A stretch of 63,537 nucleotides of DNA, filler included, from Folioceros fuciformis (lineage: Eukaryota), in NCBI GenBank assembly GCA_049999805.1. It is 9 parts of 9 records of this genome, joined end to end, with 100 filler letters (N's around TTAATTAATTAA, not from the genome) between each part and the next. Parts side by side here need not be neighbours in the genome. Positions count along the whole stretch, not along the records: positions 24,266 to 25,750 come from JBNGIO010001602.1; positions 25,851 to 35,623 come from JBNGIO010001603.1; positions 35,724 to 41,387 come from JBNGIO010001604.1; 6 more parts are not named here. The stretch is one strand, 5' to 3'. The translations under genes and the position numbers were made by a program. Under the pieces are notes generated by a model that saw only the letters and a list, made by a program, of their open reading frames with translations, did not search any database and was not told where the DNA came from. Shown piece by piece: positions 24,266-37,536 of this stretch. Within the stretch, counting starts at the first letter, position 1; the number at the start of each line of letters is the position of its first letter.

Positions 24266-25220
24266 GCTGAGCATCAACTTCACTCAGAATACTGCAGACA
24301 CCAACATGTACAGGCTGGCAGCAAGATCCTCCGTTGTACTCCTCGCCCTGTACGTGGACGACCTGATACTTGCCACAAACCACCACAACCTGTTAGCAAA
24401 AGTGAAGACACAGCTGCACAAGAGGTTCGACATGAAGGACATCGAAGAACTGAAATATTGCCTAGGCATCCAACTCCTACACGTACGAGATGCTGGGATC
24501 ATGTACATCCATTAAAGCAAGTACATCAACGAGATCCTACTGAAGTTTCATCTTGATCAGGCCAGACCCACCACTACTCCATATGCGGTGGGCACCAAGC
24601 TGACCCGGCAACAGAGCCCTCAGACACCTGGTGAGCTGAAAGACATGGAAGGCGTACCTTATAGGCACACTGTCGGCAGCCTGATCTTCGTCGCCAATTG
24701 GACCAGGCATGATATACAGTACTCAGGTAGTACTGTATCACAGTTCCTAGACAGCCCTGGGAGAGCGCACTGGACAGCAATGAAACGGATTTTCCGCTAC
24801 CTTAAGGGCAGAGCACACTACGGCCTAATGCATCAGAGAAGCGGAAAACAACAGCTCAACTTATCAGGCTATTCAGACGCGGACTGGGCATTTGACTCCG
24901 ACTCCAGACACAACATCTCATCCTACTACTTCCTGCTTGCATCCACAGCAGTCACCTGGAGCAGCAAGAAACAGGTCACCATCGCTCTCAGCTCCATTGA
25001 AGCTGAATACAAGTCACTAACGGAAGCAGCTAAAGAGGTAGAATGGGAGAGAGGGTTTCTTTCTGACCTTGGCCACCCGTAGATCGACCCGACTCCCATC
25101 CTATGCGACAACACCTCAGCCCTAGAGCTAGTAGTGAGGCTGACTTTCCACGCCAGAACAAAACACATAGACATACAACACCACTACATACAAGATATGG
25201 TGTCCATCACCAAGGTATCA
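24266..25220 (+). mobile_element. Ty1/copia RT-RNase H remnant with internal stops
   Basis: LYVDDLIL, PYRHTVGSL, GYSDADWA, WSSKKQVTIALSSIEAEY, CDNTSA, FHARTKHIDI; in-frame stops near 24515 and 25082. Confidence 0.95.
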
Positions 25221-25600
25221 TGACCTTGATAACCACAGCTCTTGGCTAGCCTCTCGGCTACTTATCAAACCTTTGTCTCGTCCCAGAATCGGACGGTGAG
25301 AAATGCTCACCAAGCTGTTAGATCGGGCCAAGTCCCGAATATAACTGTGTCAGAGATTGCTGGAGCTCTCCTGCAAGAGGAGGCTGCTAGGTTCAATGTT
25401 GGTACATCTCAATAGGGGGGAGAAAGGATTATGTTCGTGACCAAGGGAAGGTCACAACAGAATAAGAAAAGGAGCTCTCAGGGATCTTTAGGTTCTTCCA
25501 AGTCTCCTAAGCAAGAGGGGACATGTCATTGGTGCCAAATACCTGGCCATTGGGAGAGAGAGTGTCGGAAGAAACAGGCTGGTGACGCGCTAGGAGCCAA
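25221..25600 (+). mobile_element. Retrotransposon gag fragment with CCHC zinc knuckle
   Basis: ALLQEEAAR... followed by CHWCQIPGHWEREC (CX2CX4HX4C). Confidence 0.75.
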
Positions 25601-26024
25601 GGATGGAGAATGCTGCCGTCGTCTCCAAGGCCAAGACCCAGTACCTCGATCAACCCGACCTTGTGCTCTAACTGTGTGTTTGGTGGTTTCTATCTACAGG
25701 ATCTGTGGCTAATTGCTTTTGCGGCGTTAGTGCACAACTGTAGCCATAGANNNNNNNNNNNNNNNNNNNNNNNNNNNNNNNNNNNNNNNNNNNNTTAATT
25801 AATTAANNNNNNNNNNNNNNNNNNNNNNNNNNNNNNNNNNNNNNNNNNNNGGGTGAGGCACTCGGGGAGCAGGAATGGGGGAGCTACTGACGTCCCACAG
25901 CCGGTTGGAACCGCCCACCCAGTTGGTGAGTTGGAATTTTGGTGGGTTTGTCTTGCCGTGCCATGGCATGGTATGGCGCATTCTGGTATGCTTGGGGTGG
26001 GTGTTCTGATGTATTCGTGTCCAG

Positions 26025-29000
26025 TAGAGGAGTCATGTTTGGAGAACGCAGATTTTGAACAGAATGTGGCTAAGGCAAGGGGCGATGGAACAGGGTATCT
26101 CCAGCTCCAAGCAGTTCCTCGGGAGGAGGGGGATTGGACTGCTGCCAAGCAATGCGATGCACCTCCAGTTGACAGGGCCGGATTCGCTTCCCCTAGAGTG
26201 CTTGTTCCTGCAGAAGCGATCAACGCAAGAGGTGATTGTTTGAGGTATTCCAAAGCAGCAAGTATGGCCATGTATGGAGGAAGAATCTCACGTCCTTCTT
26301 CACTGGCCGTAACAGGTCCGAATGTTGCACATGATCTGCTCAATGTGGCTTCAACGGAGAAGGATCCCAAGGATTTCACAGTTTCGAACGTTATGCCGCC
26401 TCCTTTAGCCGAAGAAGATCATCAAGCGAGACAGGACTCAACTGCAGCGGAGAGAAGGAAACGACCCAGATATTCTCCTGAGATGGTGCGGTGTGCCCAA
26501 TACCAGCATTTACTTGTAGTGAAGTTGGCAGCTGATGCCTCTGGCTGATGCGAGCTATGTTCCTTGATGTGGTTGGAATCTGTGGCAGGTAATCACGCAG
26601 AGTCAAGACGACGGAGGAGAAGAAGTAGTGTGGAGGGCGTCTCCAACATCAGATCGACTGCTTGCAGCAGCCGCAAACCAACCCTCTGCTTTGTTGGGAG
26701 GTGAAAGGCCTGCTCTGCGGCGCTGCAATAATGCTGGAAACACGGGGGCCCTCCAGGAATTCCTTATCAAAGCCACCTCCATTGCAGCCAGAGCGGGTGC
26801 GTCTCCCAAGAAGGTGCGTTTCGTGTGTTGGCCTCATAAGCTTTGAAGGCAAGGCAATGTCAGTTGGGTGCAGGCTTTGAGGTTGAGGTTGCTTGTGTGG
26901 GAGCCTTGGCGCGCAGAAGTCCCCGGGCATAGCAGGCAAGCTGGAAACTTGGCTGTCGTCATCAAAACCTGCTGATGACGGTGCACCTGCAGCATCCAAG
27001 TTCTCACTCGCTGGGAATAAGGAGAATATCCCCAGTGCGTGCCCTGCTGAAGGTGTGGAGAAGGACCTCAAGGAGTCCATCGCAAAGGAGGTTCGTCGAG
27101 CTCGCCGCCGTTCTTCCTTTGTAAGTGGGCAATGCAAACTAGTTTCTCTGTGCACAGGCTCAGGAAATTCCCTTCATTTTTGGGCATGAACCATTCATGT
27201 ATCAAATTTTCAGGTGTCTTTGGATCGTCCGTTCAAGGCAGGGACGAAGAAACAGGCACAATCCGGGCATAGGCGAAAGGTGCTTTCGTCCCTCCAAATT
27301 CTTGCTGAGGATGCAAGTGCTGATGTTGTAGCACAAATCAGGACAGATTTGTGGGCTTGATTATAGTTGCTGATTGTTCACCAGTAGCGGACACTGGTTG
27401 GCGGAGGTTTTTGGCCGAAGGTAGCTGGCATCGGATGCAGTGATTGACAGGCATCATCTTCATGTACCAGGCACTGCTGGATCTATTAGAACAGGTAAAG
27501 GATGCGATAGTCGTGGAGGAAAGGCTACCGGAATGCACTCCAGGACATGATTCTGGGAAAACCTCTGTGGCCTTAAAGGCAACTTCAGAGCAGAAAAGGC
27601 CCACGACCGCAGATTGTTGTGAACAATTGGAAGAAGTTGTAACAAGCCATGGCCCAACGCCGTGTGACGGAGTGCATGTTGACACCGGAGATGGCCCTGG
27701 AGTTTCGAAAGGATCTGGGGGTCAAGATCACGTGGTACTTGGCGTGGAAGAATTTCTACCGTTAGCTGACGTTGAGTGCTTGGCCACAGATTGTTCCACA
27801 ATCTGCCTTTCAATTGATAAGCCCAGGCGACCACTGGATGAGACCAGAAGGGACGAGGTTTTTCCCTCCACCACTGGGGCACGGAGCAGGCAGTGCATTG
27901 ATGCCACTGATCACAAAGCCAAAAGTACTTACCGGGACCGTCAATTGGTTGAGGTCTCTGATACCGTTGTGCATGATTTGCAAGCAAGCATACACTTTAT
28001 TGTTCTGGAGGTGAACCTCAAAACAGGCCCAATCCTGTCTATCTGCTTCAAGTTTTCTTTCAAGCCAGGCATTGTCCATGCAAGAAGAACTCGCTCTGAC
28101 GCTTTTAACATTTTCAAAGGTTGCCGAAGGCGAGTTCCAACAAGAGGGGCGTCAAGGATTGAACGACCAGCAGAAGGTTCTGCTGCGCTGCTGTGGGCTC
28201 TGTTTGAGTAGCAAATTGAAGGAACATGAGCTCCTGAAGTTCATCTGTTTACATAACATGGTTTAGTGCTCGTGCCTGACCAGGTCTTAAGACTGCTGCA
28301 AGAAGGGAGTGGGATAGAGCGTGTCGTGTATCTTCGGGATGCCTGGTGAGGTGAAAGCTTTCAGGAAACCCCATGGAGATCAAAACCACTGCACTTTGTG
28401 GTCACAGCAAGTGGTCTCAAGGGATCAAAGAGCCTGAATGATCAGGATTAGTCTTCCAGTGTCACTAATTTTGAGCGTGGGCAGGTTCTACTTGACGGTG
28501 AAACCAGGGGATACTGTGAATGTCATTGGAGATTTTCAGGAGGATGGCAGTTGTGTGATTGATGCAATGAACAACCTTATCGTTGTCCATCCCGACATTC
28601 TCGTATCTGGTTCTAGAGTGAGTCCGGACCACCGCATGTCTCTGGATTCCATTACCATGATGCGCGTCATAGGTGGAGTCAATCCTGTAGCTGAAGTTTG
28701 CCTCCACCTCGGCAGGTGGGATCAAGCTTCAACTGTCCACGACGAACTGTGCTAGATGAGCGTATCAAGTCCACTGATGTGTCAATTGCGGCTCTCATGG
28801 GTACAATGCTGCATCAGCTGTTTCAGGTATCCCCTTTTCACCGTTCAAGGACCTGACCTGATTGATCTGGGAGGCGGTCAATACAGTCATTCGTCGGGGA
28901 TTATGGCAACGTATACAGGCTTGAGCGTCTGATTCGTGAGAAATCGCAGGTGGCTTTGCTTTCTCGAACTCCTTCTAGAGATTTGCTGGAATCTGAAGCT

Positions 29001-32000
29001 CAAACAATTGTGCTGCGTCACATAGATGGCTTGTATGCAGCAAATGGTAAGTTCCAATTTCCTCCATATGCCAAATCGTATAGCTACCCCTCTCCCTGTC
29101 GGTAGTTGGTTCTGTAACTGTTGCTGCATGCTCCAAATGAATGAATAAAACTGAACACATCCGTACGCAGGTAGTCAACAAGAGGCCTACTTGCAGCTCA
29201 AGGACGCAATCCCAGTCATACTGGGCTGGGTGCGTGGTCATATTGTACAAAACGTACGTGTTCTTGCTGTACTTGGGACCAGGAAATCATGCAGTTTCAG
29301 CCCCAGACATCCCAACATATAATCTGGGTCCTGTAATGTGTGGCTTCAGGCTTCAGGGGACTTGAATGTTGACAAAGGCCAGGACAAGGCACCATGCGTC
29401 GACGAGGTCAGCAAGCACTTATGACTGACGATGATATAACAGAGGGTAGCAGCTAGTGGAGGCAAAGTACAAGTTTCGAGCTCAATTTGAGCACGAATCT
29501 TGTCTTCTGCTGAACGGTGCTCGCTAAATGGAATTGTGTTACACTTGCGCAGGTGGTAGACATCGAAGAGACAATCTGGTCCCCTATGTATGGCCTGAAA
29601 GGCATGATAGATGCTTCTTTAAAGGTGCGCGGCAGAGCTATTGCTGGTTCACAAGCCCGTGTTCTACCGTGGGAGCTGAAGACTGGAAAAGGGACCACCG
29701 GCATGGTAGGGACAGAATTAAATAATGGCTGCTCAAGACTGAATTTTGCAAGTGGATCAGTGGATCATTAGCATCCCCTTTTGTCCTTGGAAAGGACAAT
29801 CTTAGCAAACGGAGAACTGGTTGTGGCAGGCTGCCATGGAGCATCGTGCACAAGTTATTTTATACTCCCTGCTTATGTCGGACAGGTTACTTGTCTGATC
29901 ATACTCCTTTGATCACCAATGCTTCAAGCACGTTGTCAGTCATAAGCTTGTACCGCCAGTATGTGGTTGTGCAGTAGGAAGCACATTGAATGTCCTCTTG
30001 AGGTTTGCAGATACAAGGAGGACGTGAAAGACGGGATGCTTTATTATATGAACACTCATGAAACCCAGGTACAGATTTCCACATCCTAGTAGCAGGTCCT
30101 GGGCTTCCAGCTTACCTCTCTATTCATCTTATTGGTTGCTAATGTTGTTTACTACTCGGAAAGTAGGAGGTTCAAGTGCAACGTGCAGACATTGTGGGTC
30201 TGATGATGCGTCGCAATGAGCATGCAATCAGCTTACTGTCTGCATCCACCACCCAGCTTCTTCCACCTATGCTTAAGGTAGTGCAGTCTCTTGTCTATGA
30301 ATCTTGACCTGTTCTTCCCAGCCAACAGAAACATGGTCGAGGGCGATCAATATTGATGTTGGACCCATACTGTGTGCTTGTAGAGCGCTCACATGTGCCG
30401 AGGCTGTCGTCACCTCGATGTTTGCAACGTGTACCACAGAGTATTCTTGCTCAACCCTTCCTGTCTCTTCTTGTGCATCTAACTCTATCTAGTTTGCTTC
30501 TAAGCATTGATTCTAGTGTGACTCTATGCCTTGTCTCTCTCGCTGTGATTAATAATCCATCCGCTCCGCAGGTGAATGAAGGAGGCTCACCTGAGAGCAG
30601 TGGCCTTGGGGACTTATTTCGTAACCTCACTGACCATCTCAGTACCAGCCACGCAGAGTTTCTTCAGCAATGGGATCGTCTGATAGATCTTGAAGCTCAG
30701 GACATGCAGGTTTTGTGGCTTGAAATGGTTTGAGGGTTTCCCACCAGCCACAGCGCTGCACTGCTGATGGGTCCTACCGCCGTGTTGGATTCTTCTGGCA
30801 GGTGTCTCACAGGGAGATTTGGAGAATGAGTAGCAAGAAAAGAGAGCTACATGGCCGCTGTCTTTCATCCTTGACGATTGATATGACATCTGGGCATCCG
30901 GAAATACAGCATGCTAAGAGTGACAAGCACACGTATTGCTTTCGACGGACAAATTGGCCTGACAGCCAGGGTGCAGGTCTCAACACTACAAGCAGCTTCC
31001 TAGGCCGTCCATTCTCTTCTGGAGACTCTGTGGTAACGTCTCATCATTTGTATAGTAGCTTGTGGACCTTTCAAATGTGTGGCTACAGGAGTTGTGGACC
31101 TCCCATGGTGTTAATCCACCACATGTTTGCTCATCAGATTTTAAGTACAGAAAGTGGTCACGTCGCTGTTGCAGCAGGAGTCATTACCAGCATCACTATA
31201 GACTCTATACAAGTAAGTTCCTGGTTTCTGTTGATTGTAATGTCTTTCTCTGACGGATACATTCTGCTATGATGGACCGCAATCCTAACGCATGCATCCT
31301 CAACTATTCCAGTTATCTTTATCGCGCCGATTACGGTTGCCAAGCAGGCCTGGGATTTTAGATGCCGACAGGCTAAGTCAGGAAGTATGGCGTGTCGACA
31401 AGGATGAAGCAGCCTCCTCGGTAGCACTCATGAGGTGTTTAGCTCAATACCTTGCATCGACTTGGGTGGTTGCCTGAGGACAAGCACCTTTCCGAGGACT
31501 GCATGCTGACCATGCAAGGACTGGACTGTACACAAATCGCAGAGCATGTGATTACAATGGTGTGTCATGGTCTATCTAAGCTGAGAAGTCCTTTTGTCAG
31601 GTATAATCTGCTGCAGCTATTCATCAAGCAGTCTGGAAATGAGAAGCACAGGCAACTGATTGTCGACTTGGAGGTATGCCTTGGTTGAAATGCCGGCGAT
31701 GCTGGTTTCCATGTGTCGTCACACTTTGCTTTCAGATCAAAGTTTGAGTTATCAAGTGGGTAAGTGTCTTAACAGGCGCCGAGGTTCGAATCAGGAGCAC
31801 TCAGCAGTCAGGACCCTGCAAGTCTGTATGTGAGATGTGCTCCAGGTTTGAATGAGGATCAGAGGAAAGCTATTCACAAGGTTCGTTGGTGTTGGGGCCC
31901 CAGATTCCGTCAGACAATCCGTGGTGTAGCTCACGCGTAACTGCTGATTATTGTCCTGCTCTTTACAGATCTTGGCTGCCAGGGACTATGCCCTGGTACT

Positions 32001-34341
32001 AGGAATGCCCGGAACAGGGAAGACGTCGCTGATTGTTCATGCAGTCAAAGCCCTTCTCACCAGTGGATGCTCCATCTTGCTAACTTCATACACGAACTCA
32101 GCAGTGGACAACATCCTGTTGAAGTTGAAGGCGGAGGTCTCTGTTCCTACCTGTACCCAAGGTTCCAACGGCCTTCGGACGAATCGTGTCTGCTTATCTG
32201 GACATGACGACGTGTTTGAGGATGGTATCCAACTGAACCGCCTTCGTGTGTCACTCGCAGGGGGTGGATTTCGTCCGTGTTGGACGCAACGAAGCCATTC
32301 ATCCCGACTTGCGGAAGCACGCCTTAAGTGGGGCAGGTCTGATTTTGTGCCGTCAGCATCTTTGAAATGTCTGTCACGACACTCTTGTTTCCTCAAGTGG
32401 TTTCTGTTGGAAACAGATGGTCATGTGACATCTGTGGAAGAGCTACATGCTAAGGTTCAGCAAGCTCAAGTTGTTGGGGTTACCTGCCTTGGCATTACTC
32501 ATGCTTTGTTTTCAAAGCGGAAGTTTGATGTTTGTATCGTCGATGAGGCTGGGCAAATCACACTTCCTGTACGTACAAGAGGTCTCCTTTCTTTGTGGTA
32601 TTTGCAATTGGTGTGTCATGATATGGATGTCTGATCTCTGTGGCAACAGGTGTGCCTTGGACCTCTGCGTTGTGCTAGCAAGTTTGTGCTTGTCGGTGAT
32701 CATTATCAGCTGCCTCCTTTAGTTCGGGTACCTTTCACTGCTTGACTGCATGTCCTTTCGTTGCCCTTGAGTTTCAGCAGCTTGCAAGCTTTGTCAGCCT
32801 GCTTGTACTGGTCTTGCTCAATGAAGCACATTTGACAGAACTCGGAGGCTCGGGAAAAGGGCATGGCTATCAGCCTGTTTCGAAGGCTCTCTGAAGCCCA
32901 ACCTCAGTCTGTGTACGCTCTTCAAAGCCAGGTGAGAGTGGTTGATTTCGAGTATTGAAGCAACAAAGATGCGTCTAGTGGGTACTCTTCCTTCATACCC
33001 TTTCACTCAACAAGTACATCCGCAAAACAGGCAGACATGCTGATGAGAAAGCATGGGCATTTGCAGTATCGCATGTGTGCAGACATCATGGCCCTGTGCA
33101 ATGCTTTAATTTATGGAAACAGGTTGAGATGCGGATCATCTGAAGTGGCGGGTGGCCAGCTCAAGCTGCAGAAAAACTACGCGGATAACTGCCACCCATG
33201 GCTAGCTGAGGTGCAGTTTGTGGTGCCATTGTCAAGTTTCCCTGAGGAGATTGCGCTGCTTTCTGCTTGGACATGGATAGATTGCGCGCCTAAAAAGAAA
33301 GGTGGTGGTTTCAGGTGCTGGATCCTGTGCGCCGAGTTCTCTTTCTAGACACAGGTAGGAAGAGAAACGTCCAGCTCAGTGATGGATTTTTGTCTTCTCC
33401 AGCAGGATCTTGAATGCACGCATGTCAGTAATAATGATTCCCGAAAGAGCAAACCTGCACGAAATTTAATACAAGGGTTTGAAGCGCTGGTGGTGTTTTT
33501 GCAGACGCTCTGGCTGCGGAGGAAACACGAATGCGAAAGGCGGTTCACAATGTGGGTGAATCGGCACTGGTATTGAAGGTGAGTTTCGAGAGCAGGAAAA
33601 GCGAAAAGGCGTTAGCAGGGAAAGTCACAAAGCTGACGTGTGATCCAACTGTCGACAGGTTACCAAAGGCCTGATTACGGCTGGCATTGCCATACAAGAC
33701 ATCGGTGTGATAAGCCCATACAATGCTCAAGTGGATACCATCCGTCGCATGGCATCCGAAGCAGGTCTTCCTTCCCTGGAAGTGAACACCGTGGACAAAT
33801 ACCAGGTGGGTGGTGGCAGAAGGCGGGGACAGTAGTCTGCCTGGATGGTGTGTGGGCGGAGGAAGTAAAGGCTGAGCAGGGCCAGTGGTGGGTGTGGCAG
33901 GGGCGAGACAAGGAGTGCATCGTTGTGTCTTTTGTCAGATCGCAGGCCTCCTGTGGCGGAGCAAATCCCGGCTCCCTGCTCGCAGATTGGCACCGCATTA
34001 ATGTGGCCATCACGAGGGCCAAGGTAGCGAGCGATGCAGCAAATGTCTCATGTTTTGCGATCATGTTGCTTTTGCTCTTAATCCCCTCCTGACGTGGAAG
34101 CTTTCTCCTTTCTCTTCATGTCTCCCTTGCCCTGGAGCAGAAAAAGCTGATCATGCTGGGGTCTCAAAGGACGCTGTCATCCACACCCTTGTTGAGTCTT
34201 CTCATCCGCCAGGTGAGCAGGTCGGCTTAGGCCGGGTCATGTGCCGCTGCTGGCGCTTGTGGGTAAAACGTCTGAACGGATTGAACTTTGCAGGTGAGGC
34301 ATCTCGGAGGGCTGGTGGAACTCTGTCCCGACATCCCTTGA
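26025..34341 (+). CDS. DNA2: DNA2 helicase/nuclease (JHS1 ortholog); 5' end lost in gap; many exons
   Basis: Nuclease motifs [18 protein letters not shown] and ELKTGK; Fe-S cysteines CPRR and [12 protein letters not shown]1 helicase motifs [58 protein letters not shown]. Confidence 0.95.
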
Positions 34342-35723
34342 AACGCCGGGTGGATTTGGGTGAGGTGTGGATAGAAGTGTCGGCTTCCCAGTCCGCGGTA
34401 TGTAGCCATGTGTGGAGCTGTACGGTCTGGTGGCGGTAGGCAGAGCAGCACTTTGCAAGGCTGGCTGGAAGAACGGTCTGTGGTGTCTGGGGATGATGCA
34501 CATGATGGTAATGTGACGGAGAGGAAAGACGGCACGAATTCTGTCCTGCCACCGTAATGTCTAGTTTACTGGAGCTAGCCACATGGAGCACAAGGAGCAG
34601 TGCAAATGGCGGTGCGGCAAGTGTGCGTCTTGTTGTCTGTGGGGCTTGCCCTCGCATCGGGAGTCTGGCCTGGCCGCCATCGACTGTCCGCTTCCGTGTG
34701 GGCCAGTCACCAGTAAGGAACGCCAGCTCCTCTCTCTAAAGCCCGTATGCTAGAGGGAGGGGAAATCAATTTGCTGCCTCCATGGCCTCCTTTCTGACGC
34801 GAGCCACGGGCTGCGCTCGATGGCGTTGTTCCGTGCGGCCATGCACACTGCCTGCCTGCCTGCGGCGCAGCGGCAGCCACTCGCTCAGCTCGCTGCCTTG
34901 GCGCTCCTGTCGTGACTGTCGAGAGTGATGTCGAGCGAGCTCGAGTTCTCTTGTATACGGCACAGCGCAGGCGCAAATGGCTTCGTCTCCGTCTGACACC
35001 CCGCTGTGCACATTGTCAGTGGACGAGGAGGACGAGGTGCGTGAGTTTTAGGGCAGAAGGTCACATTCCGCAGTGCGCACGTCCCGACTGACTGGCACGC
35101 CCGCAAAGAAAAAAGCACATACAGATAAAAACACACGCAGGTGCCCGCTCAGCGTCCCGGCCTGTTCCTGCCCCTGCTAGCTAGTACCATGCAGATACGA
35201 GCGGCAGGGGGGGACAAGCATGCGATTGCCGCTGCCGCTGCCTCTACCGCTGCCGCTGCCGAGTCGTGGATTCCTGATACGCCTGCGACTCCCTGTCGCG
35301 CGGCGAGACACGAGACACGAGACACGAGACGCGAGATGCGAGATGCGAGACGCGTTCCGTTACCTGCAGCCGAGCTGAGTGGCCGAGTGGAGCTGCATCC
35401 AATACACAGTCCTGTGACCGAGACCGATGAGATGAAGTCCGGCAGTCGCGACAGCCCCGAGTCGCGTCGAGGAGTCGGGAGAGCGGCGGGGCCGTGACTG
35501 GCTGCCGCAGAGGTTGCGTTTCTCTGGAACCGGCGCGCGGGCTGCAGAGAGCGCCAATACGGGGATGGCGAGAAGTAAAGCGAACCAAATCGGCGCAAGG
35601 CAGGCAGGCAGGGAGGAAGGGGCNNNNNNNNNNNNNNNNNNNNNNNNNNNNNNNNNNNNNNNNNNNNTTAATTAATTAANNNNNNNNNNNNNNNNNNNNN
35701 NNNNNNNNNNNNNNNNNNNNNNN

Positions 35724-36006
35724 GACTTGCACGTTTTGCTTCCCTCGGAGGACTGGACCGTGCAAAGCTGGGCCTCGAGGTCGTCGCTCTCGAAGTGCTA
35801 GGCCTCCCCGAGGCGGCCAAATCTGGCACTCCTTGTAAATCGGCTCTCGGTGCGCTCCTGCGAGGTTTCATTAGACTTAACCGCCGATGCCACGCAGAGG
35901 TGTGCGCGCACGCACTGGGCGTCGCTCCTCGCACGTTCATGGCTTTTTGCTTAGAACACGAAGCCTGCACGGGCGCGGTCCCTAGAAAGCTACTCACTTG
36001 AGCCAT
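35724..36006 (-). CDS. 5' fragment of a probable plastid-targeted protein, truncated by gap
   Basis: MAQVSSFLGTAPVQASCSKQK... is Ser/Ala/Arg-rich and acid-poor, like a transit peptide. It runs open into the gap. Confidence 0.45.
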
Positions 36007-37074
36007 AGCGGCCAGAGGTAAATTCCACATCGTGTGAGATTCTGTTTGCCAGCCCGCACCACATCAACCTCCAAGAAGTTCGGAATCAACGACAGCTGCT
36101 CCATGACACTGCGCAACCCGCAATGCCAATGCGCAACCCTCAGCACACCTGAACCCGGACCCGAACCAAAGCCCAAACCCACCTCGAATTCCCCCACAAC
36201 GCAACAACCCAAAACAAAATCCAAGCTCAGCTCCCGCACTCACCCACCCGCACAACGCCACCGCCCCGTCCGCCCGGCACTCCACAACCCACTACGCCAG
36301 CCATGTCTGGCAACCCGAGTACCGCAGCCTGTAAACAGAACGAACCACGCACTCCGTCAAACAACTTCCACAAAAAACCTCCCGCGCGGGGAAGCCCTGT
36401 CAAAAAACCCAGCAAGAATTCCACAACCCAACAAAACCCAACAAAAACGCAGCTGGACGCACCGTGCTGGAAGCGGGGCCAGGAGCGGGAGGCAGGCAAG
36501 AGCAGAGAAGAAGGCACTGTGCAGGAAGGGGGGTGTAGGAGGCCGGGAAATCCGGCGCCTACCTGCTGAAGAAAGGCGAGGCCGAGCGACACGGCCGTCG
36601 CAGCGCCATGTCCGGCGGCCACACCGAACCCACCAGATCTCTCCCTTCACCTCGCCTCACCTCACCTCACCTCAGGAACATGCAGAGGACACAGTGATCG
36701 TGACGAGATGCACGCGGCGACGGTGAGGGTCGTGAGTTTCCAATTTCTCCCATTCCGGGCATCTTGTGGCCCGAGTTGGTCCAGCCTTGGGGGCCACGTG
36801 GGACCGCCCACACGACACTCGCGCAACCACGCTCCAACACACCTTTCTCATTCATTCCCATGCTAAAAAAACCACACCCAACATCCCATCCCTGTGAGAA
36901 TAAAACCATCCCAAATGGTTCGCATTTTCTTCCAACGAGGCTCGCCAAGGCATCCCGCACCCCAGGGTGGAATAGTCGTCCACCTTCCTCCCCGCCTACC
37001 ACCCATCTATATACTTACTTTACAGAGAGCAATAAAGCGCAGATTATCTCTCTACACTTCCCTCTCGTACCAAG

Positions 37075-37536
37075 ATGAAAGCAGTGAACTCACATACAAC
37101 TCTGTACGCATTCTTGATGCACTTTCTCCTCGTCACCGCAGAACTGGAGATGACTCCCGTGGAAAAGGAGTGCGGCATCGTTGTCTTTCCAACCGACCCT
37201 TTGGGCATATTCATAGGCAACGCGGTGCAAGCACTTATCAACCACGGACTGGCTCGTTTCGAATCCGGGAAACTTCCATATGAGGCACAGTACACCACAG
37301 CTAGAGGAATCACAGGCCCTAATCTATGGGGACTGGTTAACTGTGCTGCAGGCGACAAAAAAACTAAACAATGGTGTGCCTACTGTCTCGATGAAGTCCG
37401 AAAAGCACTTCTCTATGGCATATGTGGAGGTGTACCCATCAGTGGAACTCTTGTGGTACAAGACTGTTCTTTGAAATACTCCACCATAAAACCCCTTGAC
37501 TTTTGCTTACCTCCAGACACACCCTTCCCCCTCTAA
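37075..37536 (+). CDS. Secreted single-domain DUF26/Gnk2 (ginkbilobin-2-like) cysteine-rich protein; intronless
   Basis: Signal-peptide-like start. LWGLVNC-AAGDKKTKQW-CAYCLD...ICGG...GTLVVQDCSLKYS matches the Gnk2 pattern YGLAQC..D.....C..CL...C.....G......C.LRY. Confidence 0.75.
   Translation: MKAVNSHTTLYAFLMHFLLVTAELEMTPVEKECGIVVFPTDPLGIFIGNAVQALINHGLARFESGKLPYEAQYTTARGITGPNLWGLVNCAAGDKKTKQWCAYCLDEVRKALLYGICGGVPISGTLVVQDCSLKYSTIKPLDFCLPPDTPFPL

Noticed and set aside
28827-28949. Possible U12-type intron in DNA2 (GTATCCCC); likewise GTATTCTT at 30441
   Set aside because: Neither matches RTATCCTT exactly and no TCCTTAAC-type branch point is visible.
28887-29250. Minus-strand ORFs suggesting an inversion inside DNA2
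   Set aside because: The expected plus-strand exons ([14 protein letters not shown]..., [15 protein letters not shown]...) are present in order; these are shadow ORFs.
35141-35598. ORFs over GAGACAC and GCC microsatellites
   Set aside because: Low-complexity, UTR-like sequence with no coding signal.
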